A stretch of DNA of 64,000 bases, taken from the NCBI GenBank assembly GCA_051362555.1, contig CM120644.1, positions 25,256,534 to 25,320,533 on the forward strand, read 5' to 3'. This DNA comes from Lingula anatina. Taxonomy: Eukaryota; Animalia; Brachiopoda. The position numbers were made by a program, and so were the translations under genes. The notes beneath the pieces are model-generated. The model saw nothing but the letters and a program-made list of their open reading frames with translations. It searched no databases and was not told the origin of the DNA. The first letter of the stretch is position 1. Every line of letters begins with the position of its first letter. Positions 61,206 through 64,000 of this stretch are shown here, in pieces.

Positions 61206-64000
61206 GTAACATGTAACAGTCAGCAATGTCCAGGTAACATGTAACACTCAGCAATGTCCAGGTAACATGTAACAGTGAGCAATGTCCAGGTAACATGTAA
61301 CAGTCAGCAATGTCCAGGTAACATGTAACAGTCAGCAATGTCCAGGTAACATGTAACAGTCAGCAATGTCCAGGTAACATGTAACAGTCAGCAATGTCCA
61401 GGTAACATGTAATATTTAGCAATGTCCAGGTAACATGTAACAGTCAGCAATGTCCAGGTAACATGTAACAGTCAGCAATGTCCAGGTAACATGTAATATT
61501 TAGCAATGTCCAGGTAACATGTAACAGTCGGCAATGTCCAGGTAACATGTAATATTTATCAATGTCCAGGTAACATGTAACAGTGAGCAATGTCCAGGTA
61601 ACATGTAACAGTCAGCAGTGTCCAGGTAACATGTAACATTCAGCAATGTCCAGGTAACATGTAACAGTCAGCAATGTCCAGGTAACATGTAACATTTTAG
61701 CAATATCCAGGTAACGTAATATTTATCAATGTCCAGGTAACATGTAACAGTCAGCAATGTCCAGGTAACATATAACAGTGAGCAATGTCCAGGTAACATG
61801 TAACAGTGAGCAATGTCCAGGTAACATGTAACAGTCAGCAATGTCCAGGTAACATGTAACAGTCAGCAATGTCCAGGTAACATGTAACATGTAACAGTCA
61901 GCAATGTCCAGGTAATATGTAACAGTCAGCAATGTCCAGGTAACATGTAACAGTCAGCAATGTCCAGGTAACATGTAACAGTCAGCATGTAACAGTCAGC
62001 AATGTCCAGGTAACATATAACAGTGAGCAATGTCCAGGTAACATGTAACATTTTAGCAATATCCAGGTAACGTAATATTTATCAATGTCCAGGTAACATG
62101 TAACAGTCAGCAATGTCCAGGTAACATATAACAGTGAGCAATGTCCAGGTAACATGTAACAGTGAGCAATGTCCAGGTAACATGTAACAGTCAGCAATGT
62201 CCAGGTAACATGTAACAGTCAGCAATGTCCAGGTAACATGTAACATGTAACAGTCAGCAATGTCCAGGTAATATGTAACAGTCAGCAATGTCCAGGTAAC
62301 ATGTAACAGTCAGCAATGTCCAGGTAACATGTAACAGTCAGCATGTAACAGTCAGCAATGTCCAGGTAACATATAACAGTGAGCAATGTCCAGGTAACAT
62401 GTAACAGTGAGCAATGTCCAGGTAACATGTAACAGTCAGCAATGTCCAGGTAACATGTAATATTTAGCAATGTCCAGGTAACATGTAACAGTCAGCAGTG
62501 TCCAGGTAACATGTAATATTTAGCAATGTCCAGGTAACATGTAACATGTAACATTCAGCAATGTCCAGGTAACATGTAACATTTTAGCAATGTCCAGGTA
62601 ACATGCAATATTTAGCAATGTCCAGGTAACATGTAACATTTTAGCAATGTCCAGGTATCATGTAATATCTATCAATGTCCAGGTAACATGTAACAGTGAG
62701 CAATGTCCAGGTAACATGTAACAGTGAGCAATGTCCAGGTAACTTGTAACAGTGAGCAATGTCCAGGTAACATGTAATAGTCAGCAATGTCCAGGTAACT
62801 TGTAACAGTCAGTAATGTCCAGGTAACATGTAACATTTTAGCAATGTCCAGGTAACATGTAACATTCAGCAATGTCCAGGTAACATGTACCAGATCAGCA
62901 ATGTCCAGGTAACATGTAACAGTGAGCAATGTCCAGGTAACATGTAACAGTGAGCAATGTCCAGGTAATATGTAACATTCAGCAATGTCCGGGTAACATG
63001 TACCAGTCAGGAATGTCCAGGTAACATATAACAGTCAGCAATATCCAGGTAACATGTAACATTTTAGCAATGTCCAGGTAACATGTAATATTTATCAATG
63101 TCCAGGTAACATGTAACAGTGAGCAATGTCCAGGTAACATGTAACATGTAACAGTCAGCAATGTCCAGGTAACATGTAATATTTATCAATGTCCAGGTAA
63201 CATGTAACAGTGAGCAATGTCCAGGTAACATGTAACAGTGAGCAATGTCCAGGTAACATGTAACAGTCAGCAATGTCCAGGTAACATGTAACATTTTAGC
63301 AATGTCCAGATAACATGTAATATTTATCAATGTCCAGGTAACATGTAACAGTGAGCAATGTCCAGGTAACATGTAACAGTGAGCAATGTCCAGGTAACAT
63401 GTAACATTCAGCAATGTCCAGGTAACATGTACCAGATCAGCAATGTCCAGGTAACATGTAACAGTGAGCAATGTCCAGGTAACATGTAACAGTGAGCAAT
63501 GTCCAGGTAACATGTACCAGTCAGGAATGTCCAGGTAACATGTAACATTTTAGCAATGTCCAGGTAACATGTAATATTTATCAATGTCCAGGTAACATGT
63601 AACAGTCAGCAATGTCCAGGTAACATGTAACAGTGAGAAATGTCCAGGTAACATGTACCAGTCAGCAATGTCCAGGTAACATGTAATATTTAGCAATGTC
63701 CAGGTAACATGTAATATTTAGCAATGTCCAGGTAACATGTAACAGTCAGCAATGTCCAGGTAACATGTAACAGTGAGCAATGTCCAGGTAACATGTAACA
63801 GTCAGCAATGTCCAGGTAACATGTAACAGTGAGAAATGTCCAGGTAACATGTACCAGTCAGCAATGTCCAGGTAACATGTAATATTTAGCAATGTCCAGG
63901 TAACATGTAATATTTAGCAATGTCCAGGTAACATGTAACAGTCAGCAATGTCCAGGTAACATGTAATATTTAGCAATGTCCAGGTAACATGTAACAGTCA
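61184..64000 (+). repeat. Donor-junction tandem array, 28-bp unit, about 100 copies, running off the window
   Basis: Unit tgtaacagtcagcaatgtccag|gtaaca is the last 22 nt of the exon plus 6 nt of intron. Confidence 0.97.

Noticed and set aside
61184-64000. CRISPR-like appearance of the 28-bp and 40-bp arrays
   Set aside because: Units are head-to-tail with no unique spacers, there are no cas genes, and the context is eukaryotic and intronic.

Overview
AT-rich, intron-containing eukaryotic DNA; the gene families and repeats suggest a marine invertebrate, probably a mollusc (inference). Two spliced host genes lie on the + strand. The first is the 3' part of a PKD1-like polycystin gene, with six exons between 2008 and 28969. 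The second encodes a secreted FCGBP-like protein with two IgGFc-binding domains, a DNDCDG motif and TSP1 repeats; it runs from about 38250 off the window end. Introns hold nested transposons: a Harbinger containing a deleted Gypsy, which itself contains a Harbinger-derived MITE, plus Tc1, Kolobok-like, ISL2EU-like, L2 and MITE elements. The most unusual signal is seven tandem arrays of six sequence-unrelated unit types (86, 72, 66 twice, 89, 40 and 28 bp). Every unit is a copy of an exon-intron junction. Five arrays sit on splice sites of the two genes and expand into the intron; two are orphans. The intronic part of each unit is about the size of the splice signal itself: 21-32 nt before AG, 6-10 nt from GT. 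Exon structures were inferred by hand from reading-frame and phase continuity, not from transcripts.
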